A stretch of DNA of 64,000 bases from NCBI GenBank assembly GCA_965277715.1, contig OZ255836.1:3872001-3936000 (forward strand), in the 5' to 3' direction. This document shows positions 8,582 through 19,323 of the stretch, piece by piece; within the stretch, counting starts at the first letter, position 1, and each line of letters opens with the position of its first letter. The translations under genes were made by a program, and so were the position numbers. This DNA comes from Gammaproteobacteria bacterium (GTDB taxonomy: Bacteria > Pseudomonadota > Gammaproteobacteria > JBCCGL01). The notes under the pieces are model-generated. The model searched no databases and was not told where the DNA came from. It was given only the letters and a program-made list of their open reading frames with translations.

Positions 8582-10066
8582 ATGGAAGCTACAAGGCCGC
8601 AGGACAACGATGAAATCAATTTGATTGAGTTCATCGAAACAGTTTGGGATGGTAAGTGGAAAATCGTATTTATTGTTGCGTTATCAGTACTTGGTATGCT
8701 TGTTTTTCAACTCGTAGCTCCCTCGCCAAGTTTTATCGCGACAACTGAAATAAAACCAATTACATCTGTTGAAGCCGGGCGTTATCGTGCCTCTAACACA
8801 TTTGGTTTTTTTGGAGTTGATCAAGACCTGCTTCAGGATCTTTACATTGAACAACTCGATGAACGTACGTTGTTTAAAGAGGCTATCCGAAAGCATGAGC
8901 TGTTAGATAGAACGACTTTCGAAACGGATTCGGAGTACAGCGAAGCACTAGTCAAACTTGCAGCATCGATAGTTATTCAGCCTCCTGTTGATTTTGATGG
9001 AATAAAGAAGAGTGAAAATCGTCAGTTTTGGAGGGTTAAGTTTGAGTATAACGATGAAGTTAAGTGGAAGAATGTATTACTTACAGTGAATAGCAATGCT
9101 AACAAGGCAGTGAGCACCATCTTACAAAAGCGTTTTTTGTCACTTATATCAATTGCTAAGCAAAAGAGAGATTTTAAATTTGAGGATGTAAAAACTCAAA
9201 TTCAAAACGCGATGCAAGACTTTAATAAACAAATGGAAGAAGTTCAGCTAAAGCAAGGATTTGAACTTGAGGATCTGTTGACTCAAATAGAGAACGCAAA
9301 AAAAGATTTTCGCATAGAAATGGAAAAGTTTGAACTTCAGCAACAGTTTGAGCTTGAAGACATAGGCACGCAAATCGACAATACTTTAAAAGATTACGAC
9401 AGAAAAACGACTGACAGGCTGGCTTTTTTGCGTGAGCAAGCCGCCATTGCCCGTAAGTTGGGTGTCTCTAAAAATACGATCGAAGCGCAAACGTTTAATG
9501 TTAAAAGTGGCATTGTTGCTAATGTCAAAATTGATACGCCTTTTTACTTACGTGGCTACGAGGCAATTGAAAAGGAAATCGAACTTATCGAATCGCGTGA
9601 AGATAAAGAAGCGTTCATAGACGGTTTGTTTGAGTTGGAACAAAAGAAGCGTGCCTTGGAACAAGATAAAACCCTTCAAAGGGCTGAAAAGAGAAGGGTG
9701 TTTTCAGATACCCTTATGGCGTTAGACCGTAAGCAAAGAGCGTTGCAACAAGACAAGACACTTGAGCGGGCAGAGCGCAGGAAAGAATTTTTAGCTACCT
9801 TGTTAACATTGAAAAGAGAGAAAAGAGCGTTGCAAGAAGACAAGACACTTGAGCGGGCGGAGCGTTTGTTCTCTGCAACACCAGTGGTAGTCAATGAGGA
9901 TTTCTCTGCTGTATCGATAACAATTGCAGCGACAGAGTTTGAATACGGGATTAAACGAATACATATGTTGATTTTGGTTGTTATGATTGGCGGAATGGTT
10001 GGGCTGGTTTATGTGCTCATCGCTAATGCTGTGCGTAAGCGTAAACAGCAGGCACTAGTGGCATAA
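8582..10066 (+). CDS. wzz: Wzz/FepE-family polysaccharide chain-length determinant with an extended coiled coil
   Basis: DEINLIEFIETVWDGKW motif, N- and C-terminal TM helices, PFYLRGYEAIEKE motif and a Gly-rich C-terminal TM. Confidence 0.85.
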   Translation: MEATRPQDNDEINLIEFIETVWDGKWKIVFIVALSVLGMLVFQLVAPSPSFIATTEIKPITSVEAGRYRASNTFGFFGVDQDLLQDLYIEQLDERTLFKEAIRKHELLDRTTFETDSEYSEALVKLAASIVIQPPVDFDGIKKSENRQFWRVKFEYNDEVKWKNVLLTVNSNANKAVSTILQKRFLSLISIAKQKRDFKFEDVKTQIQNAMQDFNKQMEEVQLKQGFELEDLLTQIENAKKDFRIEMEKFELQQQFELEDIGTQIDNTLKDYDRKTTDRLAFLREQAAIARKLGVSKNTIEAQTFNVKSGIVANVKIDTPFYLRGYEAIEKEIELIESREDKEAFIDGLFELEQKKRALEQDKTLQRAEKRRVFSDTLMALDRKQRALQQDKTLERAERRKEFLATLLTLKREKRALQEDKTLERAERLFSATPVVVNEDFSAVSITIAATEFEYGIKRIHMLILVVMIGGMVGLVYVLIANAVRKRKQQALVA

Positions 10067-10139
10067 GGAACGTGCACGAAACAAATTCCGGGATTCGTCA
10101 ATGCATCGATTCACCTTTTATTAATCTTTGTATTTATTC

Positions 10140-10217
10140 GTGGTGCTATAGGGGTTTCGTTCGCGAGGCGTAAGTGTCTTTCTCCACTGTATACAGTGCA
10201 AATGCCGACGACTGTAG
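10140..10217. repeat. Intergenic repeat-family element, related to 47828-47900 and 29689-29752
   Basis: Contains tgccgacgactgta. The stretch gtggtg-t-tagggg..cg-tcgcga-g-gta-gtgtctttctc also occurs at ~47853-47898. Confidence 0.65.
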
Positions 10218-10912
10218 ATACCATCATTGCGGCCACGGAATAGTGCCAGAGCGCGGTGGGAGGGGATTTTTTTATACGCTTCAGTGTAGTCAAAGTAATC
10301 GCGGAATTTACTGCCCTCGGTCAGTTTGTCACTGAACACGCTGGATTTCACCACACCCTCTGATTTGATGCGTGCGCGCAGCTCGCCGAGTAGCCCGGCA
10401 TCTTCGCTAAACCGCTCCATCAGTATGTAACGTGCGCCTTCCAGTGCGGCGGTGGTATCTGCAACGCCTCTCTCGTCATCCAGATATTTTTTATCCTCCG
10501 TTTCTGGGGTGAGTGCGGGGTTATCAAACAGACTGTCCGCCAGTGGTTCGAGGCCTGCTTCGCGGGCGATTTGCCCTTTTGTGCGGCGTTTGGGTTTGTA
10601 GGGTAGGTAGAGATCTTCCAGTGTGGTTTTCGTATCGGCGGCAAGAATCGCCTTGTGCAGTGTGTCGGTGAGCTTGCCTTGTTCTTCAATGTTTTTCAAG
10701 ATCGTCTGGCGGCGATCCTGAAGTTCACGCAAGTAAGTGAGGCGTTGTTCCAGTGTTCTAAGTTGGGTGTCGTCGAGACCGCCGGTCGCCTCTTTTCGAT
10801 AGCGGGAGATAAACGGAACGGTAGCGCCTTCATCAAGTAACGCGATAGCGGCCACCGTTTGGCTTGGCTGAGCGCCGAGCTCTGCGGCAATCAGTGCAAG
10901 GATATTTATCAT
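10218..10912 (-). pseudogene. tex: Tex (transcription accessory protein), N-terminal third only
   Basis: [31 protein letters not shown] and [10 protein letters not shown] motifs. Homology ends at ~10218, where a repeat element begins. Confidence 0.85.
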
Positions 10913-11276
10913 AGAGTACTTTTTGATACAGCAAGGGTAAAAAGGGGGCGGATTATAGGGGGTTATTTCTCTGCTGACAGCATTGGAGTGGAGGGTATTG
11001 TGCAGATTCACTCACGACATATTAAAGCGTGTTTTTTCCTTGCCTACATTGATACCTGTTGTCAATAGCACTGTTTACAGTGAGTATTTTGCTGTTATGC
11101 CGTTTATCGCAAGAAAGGGAGCAACAACCCTATAGCCAAGGTATTTCGGGGATTTTTATTTCAGGATCGAAAGTGAGTCGACAAAGCCATTAGAGAAGCA
11201 TAGAGATGCTCGTAGGGTGATTGTGTTATGCGTAGATGAGCTTTGCCATACTGCTGCCTCAGTCGAGTGGTAGGTA

Positions 11277-12100
11277 TTACCAACGAATGCGGGCGCCAAA
11301 AATAAAATTGTCCGATTCAAACCCACGGGTATCATCCTTTTGATTGTTATAACCGAACGAAATGGCAAATTGTTTGGTAATAAACCACTCAGTAGAAATT
11401 CCCCACGCTACCAGGTCGGTGTCACTGGCATCAGACTGGGAATAGTTAAACCCAACGCTGAAATAATCTTGAGGGTAGAAAGTAACGGTGATGCCCAGCG
11501 AGTCGACATCATCATTGAGGTCACGGTTTTCCAGATCGTAAACAATACTCCATGCGATTGCCTGTTTCTCACTCAACGAACGAACATCAAAGGTCGAAAC
11601 TTCATAGGTTTCACTATCTTCATTGCTACCCTCTACATCATCACGAGTGTAATCGAGTGTGAGAGTGGTGTTCTTGGCGATATACTTACCTGCGCCAACA
11701 GACCAGGACTGTGTATCAATGTTTAGACCTCCTGTTTCGCTGGTGGAATAGCGTAAATTCAGCAACCACCCGGATTCTTCATCGATTAGAATTGTACCCA
11801 CCTGGTAATTGCTGCTATTAAATCCATTGTTAGCAGTTTCGCTTTCGGTGCGGCCAGCAATAGCGTAAACATTGGATGCGCGATCCAGAAAACTGGCGAG
11901 AGCGAAAGACCCCTTGCTAGTGTCAACCGAGTCAAAGTAATAGGTGCCTAGAAAAGAGAAAAAATCCACACTACTACTTGATACTGGATTACGCACCTCG
12001 ATTTTCCCGTTTAAATATACTCCTTGCAATTCTAGCTGGTAATCGGCGCAAAGGGTATAAGTAAGGCAATACTGCCTACTATGGTAGCTACTCTTTGCAC
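11277..12100 (-). pseudogene. Putative porin / outer-membrane beta-barrel with a frameshift after the signal peptide
   Basis: AGGAG RBS and GTG at 12100 give MQRVATIVGSIALLIPFA, which stops shortly after. The barrel (ADYQLEL...FGARIRW) is in another frame. Confidence 0.65.
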
Positions 12101-12563
12101 TCTGGTGTCTCCTATCGTCCGATATTTTGTTAATGTCGATTTTCGCAATCCTATTGCATAATGTTATCCGCTGCTGTGCCTGGCAAGTCCCTACCGGAAG
12201 CACAATTCTTCCTGGTTTCTGAATTGTTCAGCTAATTCCCTCAGTTTTTTACTAAGCTCGCGTTTCGTATTTTACAAAGGAGATTCTCAATGGCCTATGA
12301 AAAACTCAAATTCCCTGATAGCCAGCCTGGTAGTTGCTCAACAAAAGAACTGGTTTAGCTCCTTATTATTTACACATTTTTTCATAAGTATAGAATTACA
12401 ATTTTCCCTGAAAAGTGTGTAATAAAGGGGCCAAACCAGGCTTTTTCTCGCCACGAGTACCTCTAAGCCCGACAGGTTCTAGTCGATAATTATTGTCGAT
12501 GGTCCACTACCTTAAACACCGATAGCACTAGGAGGGCTGGGTTAAGCTATTTTAGCGAGTTAA

Positions 12564-13109
12564 CTACAAATCCCCCAATACAGCCTTTTTCCAAGGCTTT
12601 TTCAACCAAATAGCAATGTCTTTTCCAACTGCTTTTGCTATCCGTCCGAGTACAGAACATGAACCTTTGAACCCGGCAAAAGCGCCACCAACTGAATATC
12701 TACCTGCACGAAATGAGGCGATTTTTTCGCCATGGTTATAAAGTATACCTTCAAATTCGGCGTACTTCCTGTGACCCAAAAAGGCATTACCTTGACTTAT
12801 AGCGTCTGTTATCTCCATAACAAGAACAGCCCCACTATCATCCTTGCTCACACTATCGCGAATTTGTACATCTACACCAAACTGATCCCCATATTCATTA
12901 ACAAAAAATGGTAGTTGACTTTCGATGGTGCATTCTTCAATGATACTGGATTGAATTCTGTGGTTTTCTTTAAAAGGTATGGGGCTACCGATAGTCACTG
13001 ATTTGGGGGCTACAGCATATTCTTTTGCTACCTGCACGGACTTCACTTTCTTAGACCCACAGCCCATAATAGTCATGCTTACCAAGACTATAACAATTAC
13101 GTATTTCAT
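12564..13109 (-). CDS. Hypothetical lipoprotein
   Basis: Signal peptide with lipobox IMG-C; 181 aa. Confidence 0.7.
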   Translation of the reverse strand: MKYVIVIVLVSMTIMGCGSKKVKSVQVAKEYAVAPKSVTIGSPIPFKENHRIQSSIIEECTIESQLPFFVNEYGDQFGVDVQIRDSVSKDDSGAVLVMEITDAISQGNAFLGHRKYAEFEGILYNHGEKIASFRAGRYSVGGAFAGFKGSCSVLGRIAKAVGKDIAIWLKKPWKKAVLGDL

Positions 13110-13688
13110 TTGTACTCCTATTCCTCGTTTTAGTTGAATTTATATTGCTTGCTGGCAGCAACGTTTACCACATGTGAACGTAGTTTTTAGTGCTTGCAAA
13201 CAAGGTGTTTAAGATATCTGAAAGAAAATGTCCAGGTATTGGCTTTTTTAGTTATTGGTTTTATGAGTACTTCCTTTATGAAGCTACTATGATTACACAA
13301 ACTCTTGATTATATTCACATATGTGTCCAATTATTTCACAGTGGCACAAGGTTAACCCGAAACCTTGAATGATGCAATTGCGTTAAGTGGGAACTACCGT
13401 AGAAAATCACGATGGTGCCTGCGAATCGACATTGTAAAGATTACGATTTTCTACTCTTCATCCAACGAAAAAGATTGACCGGCCCACGCGCTTTCTCCAT
13501 TGAAAGTGGGGTAAAAGTATCCCGTAGCAACCCCGAGAGTTGCCTCCGAGTTTGCATAATACTCATAGTAGGGCGACTGCTCGAAACGCTGTGCACCGAT
13601 GCACGCGGTTTACAGTGGGTTGGCAGGGTTAGGGTTATTCATTGTTTCTGATTTTCCCGTTGTTTTATTCCAGCGCTGTAAGGTTTGA

Positions 13689-14606
13689 TCACTTGCTGTT
13701 TACATCAGTCGATTCCGCTGTTTTTGTATAGCCAAATAATACTTCGATGAGCCCGGCAAATAAGATAGCGATTGCCCCCACCCATTGCAGTAACATCATC
13801 GTTTCCTCAGGCACCAGGATTGCAGCACTGACAATAGCCACAACTACCTCCGACATGGTTAAGATGCCAACCCGCCCTGGAAACAGTAGCTGGGATATTC
13901 TGAAAATAATACAAAAACAAGGTAGCAATATCGCGATAGACCAGAAGGCAGCGGTGGGCAAAGCGGCTGTTAACATCGCCAAAGTTGGAACAGGGTCAAC
14001 ATAGAGAACCCCAGCGAATAAGGCTGAAATAACGGTTGTCGAAACAAATATAAATGTGGCCAATGGCAAAATGGGGATATTTGACCAGCGGTTCAGCGTG
14101 GCCACGCCGATTGCCCAGAAAACGCCGGATAGAAGACTGTAGAGATCACCAATATTGAGCGGATAGTTTGAGGAGCCACCGTTTGATAACAATAAAACCA
14201 ACCCGACAAATGCCACGCCAATAGCGATTACCCGTGCCTTGGTCAAGCGTTCAGATAACCAGAGTACGCCGAGCAATGTGGACCAGACAGGCGTCAGGTA
14301 ATAGAGCAAGGTCGCTCTGATGATGGTGGTTTCTACCAATCCGTTGGCGTAAAGCGTAAAAGCCAGGCCTATCATCAGCGCGGCCAGAAGCGTAGGGCCG
14401 AGCACACCGATTAGTTGCCTGAAATTGAATACCAGCCACGGGCATAACACGAGCAGAGGGCATGCGTTAAAAAAGACAACACTCCAGGCGCCGGTTAATC
14501 CCGCACTTTCAATGGCCCTTAACGGAAACCAGTAAAAACCCCAGGCGGCAGCACTTAAGGAAAGTGCAAGGCTTAATGTTTTGTCGGAATAGACTTTTGA
14601 AAACAT
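13689..14606 (-). CDS. DMT/EamA family transporter
   Basis: About 10 hydrophobic segments; LYYLTPVWSTLLG..LSERL motif. Confidence 0.85.
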   Translation of the reverse strand: MFSKVYSDKTLSLALSLSAAAWGFYWFPLRAIESAGLTGAWSVVFFNACPLLVLCPWLVFNFRQLIGVLGPTLLAALMIGLAFTLYANGLVETTIIRATLLYYLTPVWSTLLGVLWLSERLTKARVIAIGVAFVGLVLLLSNGGSSNYPLNIGDLYSLLSGVFWAIGVATLNRWSNIPILPLATFIFVSTTVISALFAGVLYVDPVPTLAMLTAALPTAAFWSIAILLPCFCIIFRISQLLFPGRVGILTMSEVVVAIVSAAILVPEETMMLLQWVGAIAILFAGLIEVLFGYTKTAESTDVNSK

Positions 14607-15021
14607 AAAGGGGGTTTAGTTGGCACCCGCGTCTGGCGGGTATGTATCATTTTAGTGAGTAGCTCGGTAACAAAGACTATTTTTATAGGTGATTTTCAAA
14701 CGACTGGCTGAATAGTGCTGTTCCGGGCGTGTCTTGGTGTGGCGCAGGATACAGTACTTCTCGGCCAAAAAAACACTCTACAGCATCAAATAGCATATTA
14801 AGTGTTCCAATGATGTACCGTTTGCGGGTATTCTTTGGCTTGGACTCTGCACTTTGAGCGCTCAAATTAGCTATTCGGTTACCGTTTTTTTCGGTGTAAT
14901 ACGTAGTTGACGGTTTAAGTCTATCCTGTTATTTCTGCATTTTTGCACGAATTTTAAAAAAAAATACAGCGGCGCGGTTTGAATTGAAGGCTGTGCTATG
15001 TAAACAACCCAGGGGGAAAAG

Positions 15022-15954
15022 ATGAATTTAAAATCTCTAGCGGTCGCAGGCAGTCTGCTTGTTGCCAGTACCATTCCGGCCATGTCTCAAGCGGCGGATG
15101 CGATCAAAATTCCGGTTAATGAGTGGACCGGGCAGCACATTTCTGCACACATTACGGGCTCGCTGATGCAGAAGGCCGGGTACACGGTGGAATATGTCAC
15201 CGCTGGCGCCGTGCCACAATTTGCTGCAATCGCGCAGGGCGATCTTCACATTCAACCCGAAACCTGGACGAATAATGTCGGTGATATTTACCCCAAAGCA
15301 GTGGCGAGTGGCGATATCGTGGTCGTGGGTTCACTCGGTTTAAAACCACAGGAAGGCTGGATATATCCACCCTATATGAAAGAAAAATGCCCAGGGTTAT
15401 CGAGCTATCAAGCGCTGTACGATTGCGCACAGGCGTTCGCTGCAGCTGATACCTTCCCGAATGGCCGCTTGATTACCTATCCGGCTGACTGGGGCACACG
15501 CTCGAAAGATGTGGTTGCGCAAATCGGCATTCCATTTCAGCCCGTTGCCGGTGGTTCTGAAGGCGCGATGATTGCAGAAGTAAAAAGTGCCTATGCAAGC
15601 AAACAACCCATTCTTATGATGTTCTGGCAGCCGCATTGGCTTTTCGCCGAGTATGAGTTTGATTGGATTGAATGGGATAAGGTCGGTGACGAGTGCGTAG
15701 AAGAGTCTGGGCAGTCTAAAGGCAATGCCTGTGGTTTCCAGCAGGCCTCGATCGATAAGATTGCCAACAAGGACTTTGCGTCTAAATGGCCAGGTGCCGC
15801 TAGGTTGTATGCCGCAATGTCTATCGATAACACCACCCAAAACGCGCTGATGCTCGAAATCGATAACAAGGGCCGCAAGCTTGAAGAGGTGGTCGCTGAA
15901 TGGATTGTCGCAAATGAAGCGACCTGGGCGCCGTGGGTTAAAGCCGCTCAGTAA
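15022..15954 (+). CDS. Glycine betaine/quaternary amine ABC transporter substrate-binding protein
   Basis: Signal peptide and OpuAC/ProX-like motifs (EWTGQ, PETW, WQPHW). In an operon with ProV/ProW-like genes. Confidence 0.85.
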   Translation: MNLKSLAVAGSLLVASTIPAMSQAADAIKIPVNEWTGQHISAHITGSLMQKAGYTVEYVTAGAVPQFAAIAQGDLHIQPETWTNNVGDIYPKAVASGDIVVVGSLGLKPQEGWIYPPYMKEKCPGLSSYQALYDCAQAFAAADTFPNGRLITYPADWGTRSKDVVAQIGIPFQPVAGGSEGAMIAEVKSAYASKQPILMMFWQPHWLFAEYEFDWIEWDKVGDECVEESGQSKGNACGFQQASIDKIANKDFASKWPGAARLYAAMSIDNTTQNALMLEIDNKGRKLEEVVAEWIVANEATWAPWVKAAQ

Positions 15955-15974
15955 TTCGCTGAAACCAACCAAAC

Positions 15975-16013
15975 GACGGTTAAGGGCTGGCTATTCAACC
16001 AGCCCTTAACCGT
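15975..16013 (+). terminator. Stem-loop after the SBP gene
   Basis: acggttaagggctgg-ctattcaa-ccagcccttaaccgt perfect inverted repeat. Confidence 0.55.
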
Positions 16014-16059
16014 TGGTTACTGCACTACAACCCACTCCCTAATAATTCGTGAGCACGAG

Positions 16060-17145
16060 ATGAACGCGACCTCAGAGGACACGATACTTTCCTGTCGCCA
16101 TATATGGAAAGTGTACGAAGAAGCAGCCTCTCCCTATTTCAAACACGAAGTGCCTGATGCCGATGCGGCAGCGCTGTCGACACGTATGCGTACCGATGGC
16201 GCTATACCTGCGGCGGTTGATGTCAGCTTTGACGTTCATGCAGGCGAGATTTTCGTCATTATGGGGCTTTCGGGGTCCGGTAAATCGACCGTGGTGCGCT
16301 GTCTTTCACGGCTGGTCGAGCCGACTTACGGTGAGATCCTGCTGGATGGCGAAGACCTGTTGAAAAAATCGGATAGGGAGTTGATCGATATTCGCCGGCA
16401 CAAGATGGGAATGGTGTTCCAGAATTTTGGCCTGATGCCACACCTCAGTGTTTTCGACAATATCGCCTTCCCACTGTCGCTGCAGGGCGTGCCGATGGCG
16501 CAAAGAGTCGAGAAAGTGCGTCGCGTCATTGAGTTGGTTGGCCTGGAAGGGCGTGAAACCGCCTATCCTCAACAGCTCTCGGGTGGGCAGCAGCAACGCG
16601 TTGGTATCGCCCGGTCCTTGGCTGTAGAGCCTGAGCTATGGTTGCTCGATGAGCCATTTTCAGCGCTCGATCCGCTTATCCGGCGGCAAATGCAGGATGA
16701 GTTCCTGCGCATCCAAACAACACTGAAAAAGTCGATTGTATTTATCACGCACGATTTTCTCGAAGCACTTAAAATCGCCGACCGCATGATGATTATGCGC
16801 GATGGTATGGTCGTGCAGGTGGGAACTCCGGCGGAGTTGATCGTCAACCCCGCAGACGACTATGTGGCGGAATTCACTGAGGATGTGCCTATGGTGCGGG
16901 TATTGACTGCCATGGATGTACTCGACCCCGAACAATCGCCCACAGACGGAATGCCCCGGCAGGATGCCAGCAGCAGTGTCGAAGACTTGCTACCGCTGCT
17001 GGCTACGCATAAGGAGGGAATAGTCGCCGTGCGCGATGGTGTAGCGGCCGGTGTTGTCACCGCCACGAGTGTGATCGCCGCCCTGGCGCACCAGAACCAG
17101 AATGGCGTCGCAGATACCAATCTCAACGAAGAAGCCGCGTGTTGA
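16060..17145 (+). CDS. Betaine ABC transporter ATP-binding protein (ProV-like)
   Basis: [18 protein letters not shown] and DEPFSALDPLIR motifs. Confidence 0.9.
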   Translation: MNATSEDTILSCRHIWKVYEEAASPYFKHEVPDADAAALSTRMRTDGAIPAAVDVSFDVHAGEIFVIMGLSGSGKSTVVRCLSRLVEPTYGEILLDGEDLLKKSDRELIDIRRHKMGMVFQNFGLMPHLSVFDNIAFPLSLQGVPMAQRVEKVRRVIELVGLEGRETAYPQQLSGGQQQRVGIARSLAVEPELWLLDEPFSALDPLIRRQMQDEFLRIQTTLKKSIVFITHDFLEALKIADRMMIMRDGMVVQVGTPAELIVNPADDYVAEFTEDVPMVRVLTAMDVLDPEQSPTDGMPRQDASSSVEDLLPLLATHKEGIVAVRDGVAAGVVTATSVIAALAHQNQNGVADTNLNEEAAC

Positions 17146-19223
17146 ACCGTCCACGCACTATTGACTGGGCCTGGTTCGGTCTTATCGCTATAACGCTGGC
17201 GTTTCTCGCATTTCGGGAATCGGCTGCCTGGCTGATCGTTTTTCCCATTGAATGGGTGGTGCCCATCACGGATTGGCTGAACGTATTTATGGGGTGGTGT
17301 GTTGCGCATTTCGGGCCGACCTTTCGCGCTTTTTCAGCGGCCCTGGATATCCCGATGACGGCGGTTCGCGAGGTGCTCAACTGGCTTCCCTGGTCGGTAA
17401 CGCTGGCTCTGTTTACCTTTGCGGGTTATGCGGTCTCTGGGTGGCGGCTGGCGGTTTTTACCTTCTTCGCGATTCTCTATATGGTTGTGATCGGTTACTG
17501 GACGGAATCGATGAACTCCCTGGCGTTGGTGGTAATCTCGGTGCCGATGGCAGTTGGCATCGGTTTTGCCCTTGGCGCGCTGGCTTTTTTCTCGAAACGC
17601 GCCGAGCGTGTGATCACCCCGATAATGGATCTGTTACAAACTGTACCTGCCTTCGCCTACTTATTGCCTATCCTGCTCCTGTTCGGTTTTGGGCCGGTAG
17701 TGGGCCTGATTGCGAGTATTCTCTATGCGTTCCCCCCAACGGTTCGCAATACAATGTTAGGGCTTGCCCGCGTATCCGATGAAGTGATTGAAGCGGGGTT
17801 GATGGCCGGCGCTACCCCGCGCCAGTTGTTTTGGCGCGTGCGCACGCCCAGCGCAATGCAGCAGATTCTGCTGGGTGTGAACCAAACGACGATGGCGGCA
17901 TTCTCCATGGTGATTATCGCCTCGATCATTGGGGGCACCGCCGATATTGGTTGGGAAGTGCTGTCAACCATGCGCAAGGCCCTGTTCGGTGAAAGCCTGT
18001 TGGCGGGGATTGTCATTGCGCTGATGGCGATGGTTATGGATCGGCTCACAGCGGCAGCGGCGACTGCTGGGCCAGGTCAGCCCAAAATCGGCCAAAACGT
18101 CTTTGCCCGTCACCGCAGCGTGTTTATTGCCGTTGCGCTGGGCCTGGGTATTGCTCTGCTGGCACAGCTCCTCCCCTTTCTGCAAGCTTATCCCGAGGTG
18201 TGGGAGGTTTATCCGGCGCACTATTTGAACGATGCCTTGACTTACCTTGTCGTCGAATATGCCGGTGTAATTACATTAATCAAGACCTGGGCATTTTTCT
18301 TCGCGATGCTCCCCGTCAAAGTCGGGCTTGAGCAAACAATCTCGCCTTTCAGTTGGGGGTTTGAGTTCACCAATACGCTGAAAATGTTTTATGCCGTGAT
18401 ATCCGTTGCACTGACGATTTGGGTTGGGCGCAAGCATCGTCTGAGTACCGTAGCCTTCGTCGCGTTTTGTGCAATCCTGTTGTTCTTTGGTTTAACACGG
18501 CTTCCCTGGTCAGCGCTGCTGGCGATGGCAACGCTGTTTAGCTGGCAGCTCGGTGGGGCGCGGCTGGCGCTGGGTACGTTTGTCGGGCTTGGTTTTTTGC
18601 TGTTTGCCGGTGTTTGGCCACAAACCTTGCTCTCAGTTTATCTCTGTGGTCTCGCGGTGCTGTTATCCTTCTCTATCGGCGCAGCGTTGGGGGTGTTGGC
18701 GTCGGAGTTTGACCGCGTTTCCTCTTTTCTGCGGCCCATCAATGACACCCTGCAGACGATGCCACTCTTTGTCATTTTGATTCCCTTTGTGATGATCTTT
18801 AAGATTGGTGAATTCACCGCGCTGCTCGCCATCATGGCCTACGCAATTGTGCCTGCTATTCGCTATTCGGAGCATGGGTTACGCAGTGTGCCGGACAGTG
18901 TGATCGAGGCGGCAACGGCCATTGGTTGTACGCGTCGGCAGTTACTCTGGCGGGTCAAACTACCGCTCGCGCTGCCGGTTATGATGCTGGGGCTGAATCA
19001 AACCATTATGTTCGGTATCGCCATGCTGGTGATCGCCGCATTGGTCGGCACCAATGGGCTGGGCCAGCGGGTTTATATCGGGCTCGGTGATGGTGATTTC
19101 GGCGTGGGCATGGTTGCCGGTATAGGCATGGCGGTGATTGCCATGATCGCCGACCGCCTCACCCAGGCCTGGAGTAAAAAACGCCAGGCAGCGTTGGGTC
19201 TCACTTCGGAACACGCGCTATAA
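17139..19223 (+). CDS. Betaine ABC transporter permease, duplicated ProW-like domains
   Basis: Two copies of the D.LQT.P.F, EAA-loop and G.NQT motifs. Confidence 0.9.
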   Translation: MLNRPRTIDWAWFGLIAITLAFLAFRESAAWLIVFPIEWVVPITDWLNVFMGWCVAHFGPTFRAFSAALDIPMTAVREVLNWLPWSVTLALFTFAGYAVSGWRLAVFTFFAILYMVVIGYWTESMNSLALVVISVPMAVGIGFALGALAFFSKRAERVITPIMDLLQTVPAFAYLLPILLLFGFGPVVGLIASILYAFPPTVRNTMLGLARVSDEVIEAGLMAGATPRQLFWRVRTPSAMQQILLGVNQTTMAAFSMVIIASIIGGTADIGWEVLSTMRKALFGESLLAGIVIALMAMVMDRLTAAAATAGPGQPKIGQNVFARHRSVFIAVALGLGIALLAQLLPFLQAYPEVWEVYPAHYLNDALTYLVVEYAGVITLIKTWAFFFAMLPVKVGLEQTISPFSWGFEFTNTLKMFYAVISVALTIWVGRKHRLSTVAFVAFCAILLFFGLTRLPWSALLAMATLFSWQLGGARLALGTFVGLGFLLFAGVWPQTLLSVYLCGLAVLLSFSIGAALGVLASEFDRVSSFLRPINDTLQTMPLFVILIPFVMIFKIGEFTALLAIMAYAIVPAIRYSEHGLRSVPDSVIEAATAIGCTRRQLLWRVKLPLALPVMMLGLNQTIMFGIAMLVIAALVGTNGLGQRVYIGLGDGDFGVGMVAGIGMAVIAMIADRLTQAWSKKRQAALGLTSEHAL

Positions 19224-19323
19224 ATATCCAGGAAGATATCGATATCGTACGGCCTCGCCGCAGTTTTATTTTTACCCCAGGGCTGAAGCCCGCGATATTT
19301 CCGAAGGCGTTCGGTACAAAAAA

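Noticed and set aside
8193-8582. 129-aa ORF upstream of wzz
   Set aside because: It runs through the MITE, has a TTG start and shows no recognisable motifs.
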